Assembly (NCBI GenBank): GCA_002293725.1
Contig: DBDU01000021.1
Location: 3,369 to 67,368 of the forward strand
Length of the DNA stretch: 64,000 nucleotides
DNA from: Patescibacteria group bacterium UBA924
Lineage (GTDB): Bacteria > Patescibacteriota > Microgenomatia > UBA1400 > PJMF01
Direction of reading: 5' to 3'
The position numbers and the translations under genes were made by a program. Position 1 is the first letter of the stretch. Each line of letters opens with the position of its first letter. Below, piece by piece: positions 49,280 through 59,925 of the stretch. Under the pieces are notes generated by a model. It was not told where the DNA came from. It did no database searches and saw only the letters and a list, made by a program, of their open reading frames with translations.

Positions 49280-52249
49280 ATGCTCAAGTTTTTGACTAAA
49301 ATTTTCGACGAAAATAGCCGTAAGATTGACCAATACCAGAAGGTCGTTCAGCAGATTAACTCCCATGAAGCTTCTTTACAAAAGCTGAGCGATGCCGATC
49401 TGGCTGAACAGACCAGTAAGTTCAAGACCATCATTGCCAACAAAGTCAGTAGTTTAGAAGAAGGTAGTGCCGAACGAGCTGCTGCCGAGAAAGCAGTTCT
49501 CAATGAGCTTCTCCCTGAAGTTTTCGCTACTGTTCGTGAAGTCTCGCGACGTGTTTTAGGGATGCGTCACTTTGACGTTCAACTACTGGCCGGTATTGCA
49601 CTTCATAATGGCACTGTCACAGAGCAGAAGACAGGTGAAGGCAAAACGCTGACCGTTACCGCTCCTTTGTACTTAAACGCCCTTTTAGGTCGTGGCGCTC
49701 ACTTAGTCACCGTCAATGATTACCTGGCTGAAGTCGGTGTAGGTTGGATGGGACCAATCTATCACTTTTTAGGCATGAAAGTGGCCGTTATTGTTCACGA
49801 CAAAGCAAAGCTTTTTAACCCTGACATTGACAGCGAAGAACGCGGAGATGAGCGCTTGGAACACTTCCAAGAAATTCCCCGCAAAGAGGCATATGCCGCT
49901 GACATCACTTACGGTACCAATAACGAGTTCGGCTTTGACTACTTGCGAGACAACATGGTTCAAAATCTGAACCAGATGGTCCAACGAACTAAAGACTCAC
50001 ACTTTTTCGCCATTGTCGACGAAGCTGACTCCATCTTAATTGACGAGGCCCGTACACCTTTAATCATCTCCGCACCAGATACTGAGCCGACCAAAAAATA
50101 CTACGACTACGCCAAAATGATCTCGAGCTTAGTGAAAGATATCGACTTTAAAGTGGATGAGAAAGTAAAGTCTGTCACCTTGACTGATCTGGGTGTTAAA
50201 CGCATTGAGCAGAAGTTGAATGTGAACAACTTATACGAAGAGAGCTTTGACGTTATTCATCATGTCGAAGCAGCGCTGAAAGCGAAGACTCTTTATCATC
50301 GTGACAAAGAGTACATCGTGCGCGAGAACGAAGTCATCATCGTCGATGAACATACCGGTCGTTTGATGTACGGTCGTCGCTACTCTGATGGTCTCCACCA
50401 AGCTATTGAAGCCAAGGAGAATGTCCCTATTCAACAAGAGTCACGCACCTTGGCGACTATCTCATTGCAAAACTACTTCCGCATGTACGTCAAGTTATCT
50501 GGTATGTCGGGAACCGCCGTAACTGAAGCAGAAGAGTTCCGCAAAATTTATGAGATGGATGTCTTACCCATTCCAACGAATGTTGCCCAAGTTCGTGTGG
50601 ACAAACCCGATGTGGTTTATAAAACGGCAGCTGCCAAGTACAGCGCTATCGTCAGGGAAGTAGAAGAGATTCACCAAACTAAACGCCCAATCTTAATTGG
50701 TACGCGTTCGATCGAGCACAATGAGATCATCTCTCGTTTCTTAAAACGCAAAGGCATCCCACACCAAGTCCTAAACGCGAAAAACAACGAAAAAGAAGCA
50801 TTTATCATTGCCGATGCTGGTAAAGAGGGCAGTATCACTGTAGCCACAAACATTGCCGGTCGTGGTGTCGACATCGTTTTAGGCGGCGCCAAGCCGGAGC
50901 TGAAGGAGTTCCGTAAGGAGAAGAAAGGTCAGTACGACCGCAAAGGGTACGACAAAGCCGTAGCTGCCTGGCAAAAAGCTCATGATCAAGTTGTTGCTCT
51001 CGGTGGACTGCATATCATTGGTTCTGAGCGTCATGAGTCTCGTCGTATCGACAATCAGCTGCGTGGTCGTGCGGGCCGTCAAGGTGACCCAGGTTCGACA
51101 CAGTTCTTCGTCGCTTTAGAAGACGAGATTATGCGGCTGTTCGGTGGTGCGCAAATCGCCAAGTTGATGGACTTCTTAAAGATGGAAGAAGACCAAGCCA
51201 TTGAACACGGCATGATTGGCAACGCCATTCAGTCTGCCCAGGTGAAAGTGGAAGGCTTCTTCTTTGACCAACGCAAACGACTGGTTGAGTTTGATGACGT
51301 CATGAATAAACAGCGGGAAGTTATCTATAAACGTCGCCGCCGCGTTTTAGAAGTCGGGCAAGCAGCAATCGAGACCGCTCAACAAGCTCCAACCAAAAAG
51401 AAAAAAGCAGACGATGATATTGACCTGACGCTAAAACCAGAAGTACTCAACTACATTGATCGTGAAGTAGAAGCAACCGTGGCTGCTCGAGCGGCTGACT
51501 CTTTTGATGACGTCGAGATCGATGCCATCACTAAAGAGTTCACCAAGATCATACCTTTTGATGACAACTCCCAACTTGAGCTCAAAAAGACACTCTCGGA
51601 GACGGTCACCAAGAACCCCCAGCAAGCCTCAAGCTTAATCATCGAAAGATTAGTAGAGATTGCTCATCAAACTTATCAAACTCGCGAAGAAGTGGTCAGT
51701 ACTCCAGCCATGCGTCAAATTGAACAGTTTGTCATTTTGACTACCATTGATGAAAAATGGATGGATCACCTTGACGAGATGGACAACTTACGCGATGGAA
51801 TCTGGTTGCGAGGCGATAAAACCACTGTTCTCAGCGAGTACAAAAAAGAGTCGTTCAGTATGTTTGAGAAGTTGATTGGGAGCATTGAGGCAACGATCGC
51901 CAACCGCGTCTTCCGCGTCCATGTACACAATCAAAATCCGTTGACTCCCGCCCCAGCGCAAATGATTGCCCAAAAGGCAGAAGCCTTGGCAGCTCCGTTA
52001 GCTGATGTGGTTGAAGAAACTCAAAAAGTAGAGAAAAAAGCAGCTCCTTCTAAAACCAAAGGCTCCGTTTCTGATCTGGCTGCCGCCATGGCAGGTGCCA
52101 AAGCAGTCAAGAAACCAACTCCTGGCGTTGCCCAGTCAAAGATCGGCCGAAACGATCCTTGCCCTTGTGGCTCAGGTCTGAAGTTTAAGAAATGCGGCAT
52201 GATCAACTCACCTGAGCATCAACGCTGGATGGGGAAACGAGCAGCTTAG
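49280..52249 (+). CDS. secA: Preprotein translocase SecA
   Basis: KTGEGKT, VDEADS, RRIDNQLRGRAGRQGDPG, SEC-C motif CPCGSG. Confidence 0.98.
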   Translation: MLKFLTKIFDENSRKIDQYQKVVQQINSHEASLQKLSDADLAEQTSKFKTIIANKVSSLEEGSAERAAAEKAVLNELLPEVFATVREVSRRVLGMRHFDVQLLAGIALHNGTVTEQKTGEGKTLTVTAPLYLNALLGRGAHLVTVNDYLAEVGVGWMGPIYHFLGMKVAVIVHDKAKLFNPDIDSEERGDERLEHFQEIPRKEAYAADITYGTNNEFGFDYLRDNMVQNLNQMVQRTKDSHFFAIVDEADSILIDEARTPLIISAPDTEPTKKYYDYAKMISSLVKDIDFKVDEKVKSVTLTDLGVKRIEQKLNVNNLYEESFDVIHHVEAALKAKTLYHRDKEYIVRENEVIIVDEHTGRLMYGRRYSDGLHQAIEAKENVPIQQESRTLATISLQNYFRMYVKLSGMSGTAVTEAEEFRKIYEMDVLPIPTNVAQVRVDKPDVVYKTAAAKYSAIVREVEEIHQTKRPILIGTRSIEHNEIISRFLKRKGIPHQVLNAKNNEKEAFIIADAGKEGSITVATNIAGRGVDIVLGGAKPELKEFRKEKKGQYDRKGYDKAVAAWQKAHDQVVALGGLHIIGSERHESRRIDNQLRGRAGRQGDPGSTQFFVALEDEIMRLFGGAQIAKLMDFLKMEEDQAIEHGMIGNAIQSAQVKVEGFFFDQRKRLVEFDDVMNKQREVIYKRRRRVLEVGQAAIETAQQAPTKKKKADDDIDLTLKPEVLNYIDREVEATVAARAADSFDDVEIDAITKEFTKIIPFDDNSQLELKKTLSETVTKNPQQASSLIIERLVEIAHQTYQTREEVVSTPAMRQIEQFVILTTIDEKWMDHLDEMDNLRDGIWLRGDKTTVLSEYKKESFSMFEKLIGSIEATIANRVFRVHVHNQNPLTPAPAQMIAQKAEALAAPLADVVEETQKVEKKAAPSKTKGSVSDLAAAMAGAKAVKKPTPGVAQSKIGRNDPCPCGSGLKFKKCGMINSPEHQRWMGKRAA

Positions 52250-53451
52250 CTTTCGTGTGAGTGGAAGTAGGACTCGCTAAGCTGTGCTATGTTTGGTTGT
52301 AGCGAAGTCAGGTGTGACGTTGTAACTCCCCCCAAAAGCTCAAGAACAGCTACTGCCACTTGGGCAGCCGACAGTCGACTGGCAATTGGCGTCTGTGACC
52401 AGAAAGGCATAACTCCTTCACAGTTGAGTAAAAACTGCAGCGTATGCTCAGCGGGCAGAGACTCTTTGACCATCAGATAAGCCAAGCGTTGCACTTCGTA
52501 GCGAGATAAAGGCAAAGAATGCTGTGCCTTTTCTAGCAGTGACCTTTCTGAGCCAGTCCACGTTCGACCAAACGGTCGTTCAACCTTTCCTTTCTCATTT
52601 GTTTGAACTACTTTCACAACTGGTTCAGTTCCTAAGTCAGCCACAAAGATTAAGGGAATATCAGGAAAGTTGGATAAAACTGTTGTGTGAATAATGCTCT
52701 TCATGCGAATGTCATCGATGACCTCAATAATTATGTCGGCATCACGAATAAACTCAGTAGCCACCACTTGATTGGCACGTTGTTTTTCATCTTGATGAGT
52801 TACCACTCTGCCAATGAGGCAGTCAAACTTTCCGTAGGGATGTCTTTGCCTAAGACGTTCAGCAAGAAGCATTACCTTCGGTTGACCCAGTTGAAAAACA
52901 GTCGCCATAGGCAAACGAGGCAAGTTACTCGGATCGACTACGCCATCATCAATGCAACGAATATGTGCACAACCGAGGTCGGCAAGTAGCTCAATGGACG
53001 ACGCGGCCACACTTGCGCCAAATACACAGATCTTGGTCTGGCGTAATCGACACAGTGTTTCCAATCTTATCAGTCCTAAGCACCTAGAAACGCAAAGCAC
53101 CCAGTGCAGTTCTACTCCAATGTATAAGTACTGTGTAGTCTTCGCTTCATTCCAAAGCCAGTTGGCATCACTAGCTACCTGCTCAGGATCAGAGAAGGTA
53201 AGACAGTGCTGGGCAAACCACTCCAGATCCTGTTGCTGTTCCGTCTCTTGAACTAGCGCTGCCAATTGAGGTTCAAGCTGACCAAGAGAACCAGCTAAGA
53301 TTGCTTGTGACATCTGGCGAAGCTGCTCAAGCTCTTTGAGTGCCGTCCAAAAAGGGAGCACCGACTGTTCGGCAGTATCATTTTTGAACCTGTCTGCAGA
53401 GTATTTTTCAGCGATCAACTGCTCAATTTGTACCAGATACTCACTTTTCAT
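52246..53451 (-). CDS. ThiF/E1-like adenylyltransferase (Rv1355c-like)
   Basis: KICVFGASV, IDDGVVDPSNLPRL, GQPK, EVIDD. GGAGG upstream of ATG 53451. Confidence 0.75.
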   Translation of the reverse strand: MKSEYLVQIEQLIAEKYSADRFKNDTAEQSVLPFWTALKELEQLRQMSQAILAGSLGQLEPQLAALVQETEQQQDLEWFAQHCLTFSDPEQVASDANWLWNEAKTTQYLYIGVELHWVLCVSRCLGLIRLETLCRLRQTKICVFGASVAASSIELLADLGCAHIRCIDDGVVDPSNLPRLPMATVFQLGQPKVMLLAERLRQRHPYGKFDCLIGRVVTHQDEKQRANQVVATEFIRDADIIIEVIDDIRMKSIIHTTVLSNFPDIPLIFVADLGTEPVVKVVQTNEKGKVERPFGRTWTGSERSLLEKAQHSLPLSRYEVQRLAYLMVKESLPAEHTLQFLLNCEGVMPFWSQTPIASRLSAAQVAVAVLELLGGVTTSHLTSLQPNIAQLSESYFHSHES

Positions 53452-53528
53452 TGTTGTTCCCTCCAGAAATAGTATCAAACTACCTCAATGCGTACCCAAT
53501 ATGTGAGAAAATCGCGTACAATACAACT

Positions 53529-54299
53529 ATGTCGTCCGACGTGAAGTCCGCCACGAAATCTCCTAAGCTCCATGCTGCCTTAGCCCAAGCGGGCTTTGCT
53601 TCGCGTCGTAAAGCTGAGGCTTTGATTGCCGAAGGCAAAGTGACCGTAAATGGTGAAAAAGCGCACATTGGCCAGCGAATTAACCCAGAGACAGATCAAG
53701 TGAAAGTAGACGGGAAGCTCGTTCCGCTCCAGACCGCTCAACCGTACGTCATCTTACTCAATAAACCAGTCGGCATTATCTCCACTACTCAAGATGAGTT
53801 AGGTCGGCAAACCGTAGTTGAGTATCTCCATCAAGAAGTCGCCAAAACTAATCCTGAACTTGCTCGCATACTGGAAACGCTTCGTCTTTATCCTGTCGGC
53901 CGTCTTGATTTAGAAAGTGCCGGGCTAATGATTATGACTAACGATGGCACACTGACCCAAAAGTACACCCATCCATCCTTTGAGTCTCTGAAAACCTATG
54001 AAGTAGTAATCGAGGGTCGCCCCTCTTTTCGCGCCCTCAATCACCTCGAACGTGGGGTACGGCTCAAGGAAGGTTATACGGCTCCAGCTGAAGTCAATGT
54101 AGTTCAAACGGGCGACCAAGAAAGTACGATTGAGATCACCATCCACGAGGGTCGTCATCAACAAGTCCGCCGAATGTGTGAGCGCGTTGGTTACCCAGTT
54201 ATTCACTTGACCCGAACTAAAATGGGAGAGTACAGTCTTGACGACTTAGACGAGCAATCCTATAAGCTTGTCCAACCAGCATCTGATGGAGTAGCATAA
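53529..54299 (+). CDS. rRNA pseudouridine synthase (RsuA/RluB family)
   Basis: S4 domain SRRKAE; NKPVG; PVGRLD; EGRHQQVRRM. Confidence 0.93.
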   Translation: MSSDVKSATKSPKLHAALAQAGFASRRKAEALIAEGKVTVNGEKAHIGQRINPETDQVKVDGKLVPLQTAQPYVILLNKPVGIISTTQDELGRQTVVEYLHQEVAKTNPELARILETLRLYPVGRLDLESAGLMIMTNDGTLTQKYTHPSFESLKTYEVVIEGRPSFRALNHLERGVRLKEGYTAPAEVNVVQTGDQESTIEITIHEGRHQQVRRMCERVGYPVIHLTRTKMGEYSLDDLDEQSYKLVQPASDGVA

Positions 54300-54304
54300 A
54301 GCAG

Positions 54305-55222
54305 ATGAAAATTATCTCCGGCACCTCAAACTTACAACTGGCTGAAGGCATTGCCAAGGGCTTTGGAACTAACTTGGTTGATGTCGACATTAGTACCTTT
54401 GCCAATGGAGAAAAACGTATTTGGGTGAAAGAGTCAGTTCGGGGCGAAAAAATTGCGTTGGTTCAGTCTCTGTCACATCCCACCGATGAACACGTCATTG
54501 AGTTGCTCCTGCTCGTAGATGCTTTGGAGCGATTGGGCGCTCGGCATATTAACGTCATCATGCCGTGGATGGGCTACTCACTCCAAGATAAGGTCTTCCG
54601 TGAGGGTGAGCCTATTGCTGCCAAAGTCGTGGCCAACTTGGTTTCTAACTCATACGTTACTCGCGCCTTTTTACTAGATTTACACAACAGTAGTACCCCA
54701 GGCTTCTTCTCGATTCCGACTCACCATCTCTCAGCTATAGAGCTCTTTGTCAGTTACGTCCAGTCGCACCTAAGTAAAGCAAACGTTATTGTGGCCAGTC
54801 CAGATTTTGGTGGCCTGAAACGAGCTCGTGTTTTTGCCGAAAAAATTGGTTCTGAGCTCGTCAATGTCGATAAACATCGTGATCTTGCCACTGGCAAGAC
54901 TCAAGCCATCGACGTCAGTGGTGACGTTAATGGTAAAATCGTGGTCGTGTTTGACGACGTTATTAACTCTGGTGGCACCGTAATCAACACTGCTGAGCTG
55001 CTCAAAGCTCGCGGTGCGGCTGAAGTGCACTTTTTTGCTACTCATGGACTGTTTGCCGACAATGGTAAAGCCAAGATCGAAGCATCTGTGATCGATAGCG
55101 TCATCGTCACCAACTCTGTCCCCACCATGCCGTCAGGGGAAACTCCTGACACTTCTTCTAAAATTCACTATCTTGATAGTAGCCAACTCTTTGTTGATGC
55201 CCTACGCCCGTGGTTAGAGTAA
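54305..55222 (+). CDS. prs: Ribose-phosphate pyrophosphokinase
   Basis: FANGE, DLH, SPDFGG..RA, DDVINSGGT, THGLF. Confidence 0.94.
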   Translation: MKIISGTSNLQLAEGIAKGFGTNLVDVDISTFANGEKRIWVKESVRGEKIALVQSLSHPTDEHVIELLLLVDALERLGARHINVIMPWMGYSLQDKVFREGEPIAAKVVANLVSNSYVTRAFLLDLHNSSTPGFFSIPTHHLSAIELFVSYVQSHLSKANVIVASPDFGGLKRARVFAEKIGSELVNVDKHRDLATGKTQAIDVSGDVNGKIVVVFDDVINSGGTVINTAELLKARGAAEVHFFATHGLFADNGKAKIEASVIDSVIVTNSVPTMPSGETPDTSSKIHYLDSSQLFVDALRPWLE

Positions 55223-55306
55223 CGAGGGAGATACTCCAACCAACTCAGTACCTACTATCAAGTCAACACTTTCTTCCTATCTAAGCAAGTTACAAACGAA
55301 AGATCT

Positions 55307-57016
55307 ATGAAATACTCTAAAAATCCATTTAAAACAGTCAAGACTGTGAGTAGTGAGCTCGTCTCTAAAAATGCCAAGCTCCTTACCCAGGCTTCGTACA
55401 TTCATCAGGAAGTAGCAGGTGTTTATACTTTTTTGCCTCTCGGCCTGAGAGTGCTAAACAAAATCGAAAAGATCATCCGTGAGGAGATGGATAAAGTCGC
55501 CACGGAAGTCTATATGACTTCGCTCGCACCTCGTAAAATTTGGGAGCAGACTGGTCGTATTGATACGGTGGACGTTTTAATGAAGACAGAAGGGGCCAAC
55601 GCTGCTTCACAAGCCAAGAACAGTACTGGCTATATTCTTAACTCAACTCATGAAGAGATGGTCACGCCACTTGTTCAAGAGTTCGCCCACAGCTACAAAG
55701 ACTTCCCAATTGGGGTGTACCAGATTCAAACTAAGTTCAGAAATGAGCCTCGCGCTAAGACTGGCTTACTCCGTTGTCGCGAGTTTCGGATGAAAGACGC
55801 ATACAGCTTCCATCGTTCCGCCGCTGATCTGCAGAGTTACTACGATCAGATGAAGACCGTCTATATGACTATCTTTGAACGGATGGGGTTAGGCGAGAGT
55901 ACTGTTATGGCTTTAGCATCGGGTGGTGACTTTACGACTGACTACTCCCACGAGTTTCAGACGATCGTCGATGCTGGTGAAGACACTCTTTTCATCGTCA
56001 AGTCAAAGAATCTTTGTTTTAATCGTGAAGTTGCGCCTAGCCAAGCACCTGCGCTCAACGACACCCAGGAAGAACTTAAACCATTAACCGACGTTGAAGG
56101 TGTAGGAATGATCGGCGTTGATGAGCTGGCAAAGTTTTTAAACATCACAGTGGAGAAGACCACCAAGACACTCTTATTTGAAACAGAGAAGGGCGAAGTA
56201 ATCGCTGCCGCAGTTCGAGGTGGATACGATGTAGATGAAGAGAAGTTGAAAAAAATCACCGGCGCGTCTTCACTCAAACTTGCTTCTGCTGAGGTAGTAA
56301 AGAAAGTCACCGGTGCCGAGGTCGGCTATGCTGGTCCACTCAACTTGCCCGATAGCGTTAGAGTGTTTTTTGACGAGTCCACCAGCAACCGCAAAAACTT
56401 CGAGTGTGGCGCAAACAAAACCAACTTTCATACGGTTAACGTCAACTGGGACAGAGACATTCCCATGCCAGAGAAGTTTTATGACTTCAAAGTAGCCAAA
56501 GAAGGTGACCTCTATCCTGAAACAGGCGAAGCCTATCAGGTAGTCAAAGCCTGCGAAGTTGGTAATATCTTCCCTCTGCATACTAAGTTCTCCAAAGCCT
56601 TTGACTTCACGTACTTGGACGAACAAGGGAAACCTCAGACACTGTACATGGGCTGCTATGGGATTGGTCCTTCTCGTTTACTAGGTGTAATTGTCGAGAA
56701 GTATGCTGACGAAAAAGGCTTAGTCTGGCCAAAACACCTTGCGCCATTTACCGTTCACTTGATTGACCTTCAGCAATCTGAGAAAGCACAACAGATTTAC
56801 GATACGCTTCAGTCCGCAGGCATTGAAGTATTTTGGGATGACCGTGATGCGCGAGCTGGTGAGAAGTTTGCAGATGCTGATCTGCTAGGTATTCCTTACC
56901 GGGCAGTTGTCTCCGCCAAAACAGGTGACAAGATTGAGCTCAAAGAAAGAACCGTAAGCGAAACAAAGCTTGTCACTCTTGAAGAGTTGATTGTGCTATG
57001 CCAGCCCCAATCTTAA
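55307..57016 (+). CDS. proS: Proline-tRNA ligase with editing insertion
   Basis: THEE, QTKFRNEPR, REFRMKDAYSF, GANK, EVGNIF, MGCYGIG. Confidence 0.96.
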   Translation: MKYSKNPFKTVKTVSSELVSKNAKLLTQASYIHQEVAGVYTFLPLGLRVLNKIEKIIREEMDKVATEVYMTSLAPRKIWEQTGRIDTVDVLMKTEGANAASQAKNSTGYILNSTHEEMVTPLVQEFAHSYKDFPIGVYQIQTKFRNEPRAKTGLLRCREFRMKDAYSFHRSAADLQSYYDQMKTVYMTIFERMGLGESTVMALASGGDFTTDYSHEFQTIVDAGEDTLFIVKSKNLCFNREVAPSQAPALNDTQEELKPLTDVEGVGMIGVDELAKFLNITVEKTTKTLLFETEKGEVIAAAVRGGYDVDEEKLKKITGASSLKLASAEVVKKVTGAEVGYAGPLNLPDSVRVFFDESTSNRKNFECGANKTNFHTVNVNWDRDIPMPEKFYDFKVAKEGDLYPETGEAYQVVKACEVGNIFPLHTKFSKAFDFTYLDEQGKPQTLYMGCYGIGPSRLLGVIVEKYADEKGLVWPKHLAPFTVHLIDLQQSEKAQQIYDTLQSAGIEVFWDDRDARAGEKFADADLLGIPYRAVVSAKTGDKIELKERTVSETKLVTLEELIVLCQPQS

Positions 57017-57339
57017 CTAAACACGCTAGAGATCGCTTAAAACAACGGTGGATTACCGAAGACACAATTGAGTCAGTGCTCCGTTCGCCAGACCGAACGG
57101 AGCCTGGCTCAACTCCAGGGAGTGTAAAGTTCATTCGTACCATCAACAGCCGACAAATTCATGTAGTCGGTAAGTATCTCGATGATCAAGATCGCTGGTT
57201 AGTAGTATCCGTTTGGGTAAGAGGAGAGGAAGACAGCGTCCCATTCATGTGGCAGCTAATTACCTTGCCCTTTAAGTTACTCTGGAAACTTATCTTGCTG
57301 CTGAGTCCAAAAAAAACTGCGCCCCATTCTGGCAAGTAG
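56998..57339 (+). CDS. DUF4258-like protein
   Basis: LTKHARDRLKQR.I....I..VL..PD...IHVV...LVVSVW. Confidence 0.7.
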   Translation: MPAPILTKHARDRLKQRWITEDTIESVLRSPDRTEPGSTPGSVKFIRTINSRQIHVVGKYLDDQDRWLVVSVWVRGEEDSVPFMWQLITLPFKLLWKLILLLSPKKTAPHSGK

Positions 57340-58359
57340 CTCCAGCCCGTAACTCAATGAAGCTGATAAGCAGATAGTGAAGAAGTACACTATCGCAATA
57401 CCTGGCAAACCGAGTGTCGTTGGTTCAATCCCAGCTCCCAAGCGCAGCAGCTCAATTACTGCTGGATGAATAAGGTAAACACCAAAGGTTAAGGCACTCG
57501 CGGTTTTAAGTATTGATGAATGCTTTTCTAAGAATCGTGCCAACCTGGGTGTATTACCAACTGCTTTACCAATTACAAAAACACCTAAGCTCATCGCAAT
57601 CACTGGTAGCCCCTGGTACTCGTACAAGATTAAAGGATGCCCAAAGGAGAGGCGGCCAGCAAAAGACAGCCAAGTTCCGCCTGCAATCACAACCCAAGTC
57701 GCCAAAGCTGTTACTACAGCCATCCGTTTCATCCAAGGCTGCAACTTAACTTTCTTTAGCCATACTCCGGCGAGATAGTAACCGAGATAAGGAACGAAGA
57801 AAGGGAAAAGCAATCGACGCGGCACCCAGAAGAAAGTCACGATCAAGAAGAGAGCTGACAGAACTCCCAATGAGGACACTGAACAGTCCCGAACGACTTT
57901 TCGTAGCCAAGGTGTAAGTAATGCCAACTCCAACAGCAGCCACAAAAAGTAAAGATGCTCATATGGTTGGTCGAAGATAATTCGGCGCAGCGTAAACTCC
58001 AGTGAGAGTGGATCGCTACGAAAAAGATGATAGAAGACCGCGTAAAAAACGGTCCAGAACAGGAGTGGAATGCCAATCCGGACAGCTCTCTTTTCGAAAA
58101 ACTGCGAACGGGACTCAGAGTGGGTTGAGCCAGCAGAGTCTAGTAAGACCGCACCACTAATCATGACAAACACAGGCACACACCAGCGAGCAAAAGCATC
58201 AAGTCCATTTCCTAACCACCAATGCATTAAGGGTACTTGGCCGTAACGGATCACCACCGGTGCACTGACATGTACCAACACCACCGCGGCGGTGGCAACG
58301 ATCCGCAACAAATCTAGATACAAAACGCGGACAGAGGGGCTCACTTCATGATTAGCCAT
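57277..58359 (-). CDS. Acyltransferase 3 family (surface polysaccharide O-acetyltransferase-like)
   Basis: LDLLRIVA...VVLVH, VPVFVMISG, HLYFL, FGVYLIH; about 10 TMs. Confidence 0.9.
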   Translation of the reverse strand: MANHEVSPSVRVLYLDLLRIVATAAVVLVHVSAPVVIRYGQVPLMHWWLGNGLDAFARWCVPVFVMISGAVLLDSAGSTHSESRSQFFEKRAVRIGIPLLFWTVFYAVFYHLFRSDPLSLEFTLRRIIFDQPYEHLYFLWLLLELALLTPWLRKVVRDCSVSSLGVLSALFLIVTFFWVPRRLLFPFFVPYLGYYLAGVWLKKVKLQPWMKRMAVVTALATWVVIAGGTWLSFAGRLSFGHPLILYEYQGLPVIAMSLGVFVIGKAVGNTPRLARFLEKHSSILKTASALTFGVYLIHPAVIELLRLGAGIEPTTLGLPGIAIVYFFTICLSASLSYGLELLARMGRSFFWTQQQDKFPE

Positions 58360-58583
58360 TTTTTATTTACGCAATTATTGCAAATAATATCAAAGCTTAT
58401 AGTAATAATTTTCTCAATCTGATATTTTGTTATATCGCTCGACATCAATCTATTTTGTCTCTGGGTTTTTTCTGCATCAATTCGTATAGTACTAAACATA
58501 TCCGGTGAGGATACCCACTGCAACTGTCCTAGAAACTTTGTTTTTACGGCTGTTGCGGTGGGTAGGAATGTTATACTTCCCCC

Positions 58584-59456
58584 ATGAACAAGCGCTTGAT
58601 TGTAACTCACCATGCTCCAGATTGTGACGCAATTGGTTCAACTTGGATGCTCAAGCGTTTTGATGCTCAACACTACGCAACTGCTCAAGTTGCTTTTACT
58701 GATCCAGGTACCACCATTCATCCTAGTGAAGCCGAACGACTTGGCTTTCAAATGCACGAGGTCACTCACGTTGATACAGGCTTAGGCGAGTTTGATCACC
58801 ACCAACCCGATCGGGGTCAGCTGCGAATCTGTGCTACTTCACTGGTCTACGACTACGTCTGCAAAATTCACCCAGAACTTAAGAATGACCAAGCTCTACA
58901 AGAGATCGTCAAGTTCGTCACGGACGATGACCACTTTGGTGAAGTTGATTGGCCCGAACCCGACGCACTCCGTTACTCGTTCATGCTGCCTTCACTGTTG
59001 CACGGATTTGAAAGTGTCGATCCCCACAATGATGAGTCTCAGATGCACTTTGGCTTTACTTGTTTTGACTGCGCGTATGCCAGCTTAAAAGAGACAATTC
59101 AAGCTAAAGAAGTAGTAGAGAAAGACGGTCAAACTTTCCAGATCGGCCAGTTAAAGTGCTTGGCGATCGAGAGCAAAAACGACACAGTCATGAAGTACGC
59201 TCAAAAGATGGGTTACAGTCTAGTTGTCCGCAAGGATCCTACATCTGGGGAAGTCCGCATCAAAGCCCGACCAGACTCTTCCGTAGAGCTGAAGCCGCTC
59301 TCAGAAGCCATCCTCAAAGTAGATACCATTGGCACTTGGTACTATCATCCCAGCGGAAAGATGCTGTTGAACGGTTCACGCAAACAACGTCATCAACGTC
59401 CAACTAAATTGAGTTTACAAGAAGTTGTTGCATTAGCTCAGGAACACTTGAGCTAA
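58584..59456 (+). CDS. DHH-superfamily/MYG1-like phosphoesterase
   Basis: VTH..PD.D, HVD.G..EFDHHQ, CATSLV. Confidence 0.75.
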   Translation: MNKRLIVTHHAPDCDAIGSTWMLKRFDAQHYATAQVAFTDPGTTIHPSEAERLGFQMHEVTHVDTGLGEFDHHQPDRGQLRICATSLVYDYVCKIHPELKNDQALQEIVKFVTDDDHFGEVDWPEPDALRYSFMLPSLLHGFESVDPHNDESQMHFGFTCFDCAYASLKETIQAKEVVEKDGQTFQIGQLKCLAIESKNDTVMKYAQKMGYSLVVRKDPTSGEVRIKARPDSSVELKPLSEAILKVDTIGTWYYHPSGKMLLNGSRKQRHQRPTKLSLQEVVALAQEHLS

Positions 59457-59466
59457 GAAGGAGAGT

Positions 59467-59823
59467 ATGAGCCAACCTTCCATCTTTACGCAAATTATTC
59501 AAGGCCAGATTCCAGCTAAAGTACGGTATCAAGATGATGAGTTCATCGCTTTTGATGATATTAGCCCTAAAGCACCAGTTCACGTCTTACTTGTTCCCAA
59601 AAAAGAGATTACCACTCTCGAAGACGTCGAGTTACTCGATGATCAGTTCCATGCTAAGTTGCTACAAACAGCTCGCAAGGTAGCCAAAGAGCTAGGAATT
59701 GAGCAGAACTACAAATTGATGATGAACGTTGGGCGAGACGTTCAAGCCGTGCATCACATCCATGTCCACATTTTGGGTGGCTGGAAACAAGGTGAAAAAG
59801 CTGGTGAAACGCTCAATCTTTGA
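59467..59823 (+). CDS. HIT family nucleotide hydrolase
   Basis: SIF..II, F.DI.PKAPVH.L..PK, HIHVHILGG. Confidence 0.93.
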   Translation: MSQPSIFTQIIQGQIPAKVRYQDDEFIAFDDISPKAPVHVLLVPKKEITTLEDVELLDDQFHAKLLQTARKVAKELGIEQNYKLMMNVGRDVQAVHHIHVHILGGWKQGEKAGETLNL

Positions 59824-59925
59824 CCTCTGGAGTGGATCTTTTCCCACTTGAGGTGATATAATACAGATCTTCTGACGCTATTACACTGATCTATTGATCA
59901 AAAACTTGAGGGGAGGTGTTCTTTT

